This document shows, piece by piece, positions 62,800 to 64,000 of a DNA stretch of 64,000 bases (positions are counted from its first letter, which is position 1; every line of letters starts with the position of its first letter). A model generated the notes under the pieces. It saw only the letters and a list, made by a program, of their open reading frames with translations. It made no database searches and had not been told where the DNA came from. A program made the translations under genes and the position numbers. The DNA is from Lama glama (lineage: Eukaryota). The DNA is taken from contig CM052832.1 in the NCBI GenBank assembly GCA_028534125.1, positions 9,364,001 through 9,428,000 of the forward strand. The letters are read 5' to 3'.

Positions 62800-63380
62800 A
62801 GCCGTCACCATCTCTTGCCTGGACAACTATAGCAGCCTTGTAATGGGTCTGGCCTTTTCCACTCTTACCTTCTTATAGTTTGTTCTCTGTTTGGAAGGTT
62901 GATCAAGCTGCATCTCTTCTCTGCTCAGAGCCCTCCAGTGGGTTCCTCTTCCCAGGACCTGGCGCCTGCTTGCCCCACTGACCTCACCCGCCAGAGGACG
63001 CAGCCACTATTCCCTCTGCCTGGAACTCTCATCCCTCCTCAGATCACCTGGTACAATCTCAGTCATCCAGACCTCTGCCAGATGTCACCTTTTCAGGTGT
63101 TCCAGGACACTTCAGACAGGTGACCTCAGATGCCCATCCTCCAGTGGCTCTTCTTCCCTTCTCCCCCTCGTTGCACTGATCCTACCCATCATTTCATTGC
63201 TGGTGTGTTTGCTTGCTTGGGTCCTCTTGGTCTCCTCCCCTAGAACTCCAGCTCCAAAAGGGCACAGACCTGGCTCATTTCCTTACTGCTCTGTGTCCGA
63301 CAGTAGGAAGAGTACCTAACACACAGTAGGCGCTCAGTCAATACCTCTAAGTAAATAGATGCATGAACAAATGAACGGAT
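62800..63380 (+). mobile_element. L2 3' region
   Basis: 'catctcttgcctggacaactatagcagcctt...acacagtaggcgctcagtcaata'. Confidence 0.8.
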
Positions 63381-63687
63381 GATATGTCTACACCTGACCC
63401 ACAGGCAGGTTGTGGCTTCTTGTGGAATTTATCACACATTCCAAACATCAAAAATGAACTTCTTCCTTTCCCAGCCCTTGGGATTTGAAGTGTAGGGACT
63501 TCATTTTAGTCATCAGTCCATCGATTATTGTGGAAACCAGGACTTCTTACTCTGCATTCTTGGTGAAAATAGATAACTCTTCTCGGGTTCTGAATTTGGT
63601 AAAGGAGGAGGGCGAGCATTTTGGTGTCGTAAGTCTCCTGCCTCCAGTTTTACTGAGAACGGCCATGTATTTTTGATCACTCTAGAG

Positions 63688-63889
63688 CCGGGTGTCTCAC
63701 CTCGGCACTACTGACATTTTGGACTGGATAATTCTTGGCTGTACTGTCCTGGACACTGTAGGATGTTCAGCAGCTTCCCTGGCCTCTACCCATTTGATGC
63801 CAGTAGAACCCCCACCTCAAGCTGTGACAACCAAAAAAATGTTGCCAAGTTTCCCTTGAGCCCAAATCACCCTATGTTGCAAACTAGTG
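63688..63889. mobile_element. MER20 followed by a MER5B-like fragment (about 63898-63973)
   Basis: 'cctcggcactactgacattttggactggataattctt...taggatgttcagcagc'; ctctag-type target sites. Confidence 0.85.
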
Positions 63890-64000
63890 CTCTACCATGT
63901 GCTGGAAGCCCATCCACAAAAAAAAAATCTATCTTGCCCCAAATGTCAGTAGTGCCAAGTTCAAGATACCCTGCTCTAGCATAGCACCAGTGGAAATGTT

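Noticed and set aside
1..64000. CRISPR arrays, operons, intact transposase/RT or endogenous viral ORFs, miRNA or snoRNA genes
   Set aside because: No regularly spaced repeats, long intact ORFs or recognisable RNA-family signatures seen; an Infernal/Rfam scan would be needed to exclude small RNAs formally

Overview
Mammalian genomic DNA, most likely camelid (alpaca/llama/camel). It carries four tRNA-derived vic-1-type SINEs and cetartiodactyl-type L1 3' ends, and I saw no Alu, B1/B2, Bov-A/tA, PRE1 or Can-SINE. I found no convincing protein-coding exon, RNA gene or prokaryote-type system. The supplied ORFs are chance or repeat-derived; the only recognisable protein motifs are decayed L1 ORF2 and L2 RT. 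The layout fits the 5' end of a long + strand gene that I cannot name: a small CpG island at about 7.5-7.9 kb with a candidate first-exon donor at 7681, followed by more than 55 kb of intron-like sequence. That sequence is rich in MIR, L2, L3, L1, MaLR/ERVL LTRs (8 of 9 antisense) and hAT MITEs. There is one 500-N gap inside a young L1. Best leads: (1) a SINE whose internal deletion creates a perfect NRF1 palindrome beside the CpG island; (2) a GC-box/RFX X-box/TATAAA module at 36.4-36.5 kb; (3) several exon-shaped unique segments; (4) a twin-primed inverted L1 inside a MER20. Repeat family names come from recalled consensus sequences and boundaries are approximate. Nothing here demonstrates a new biological system.
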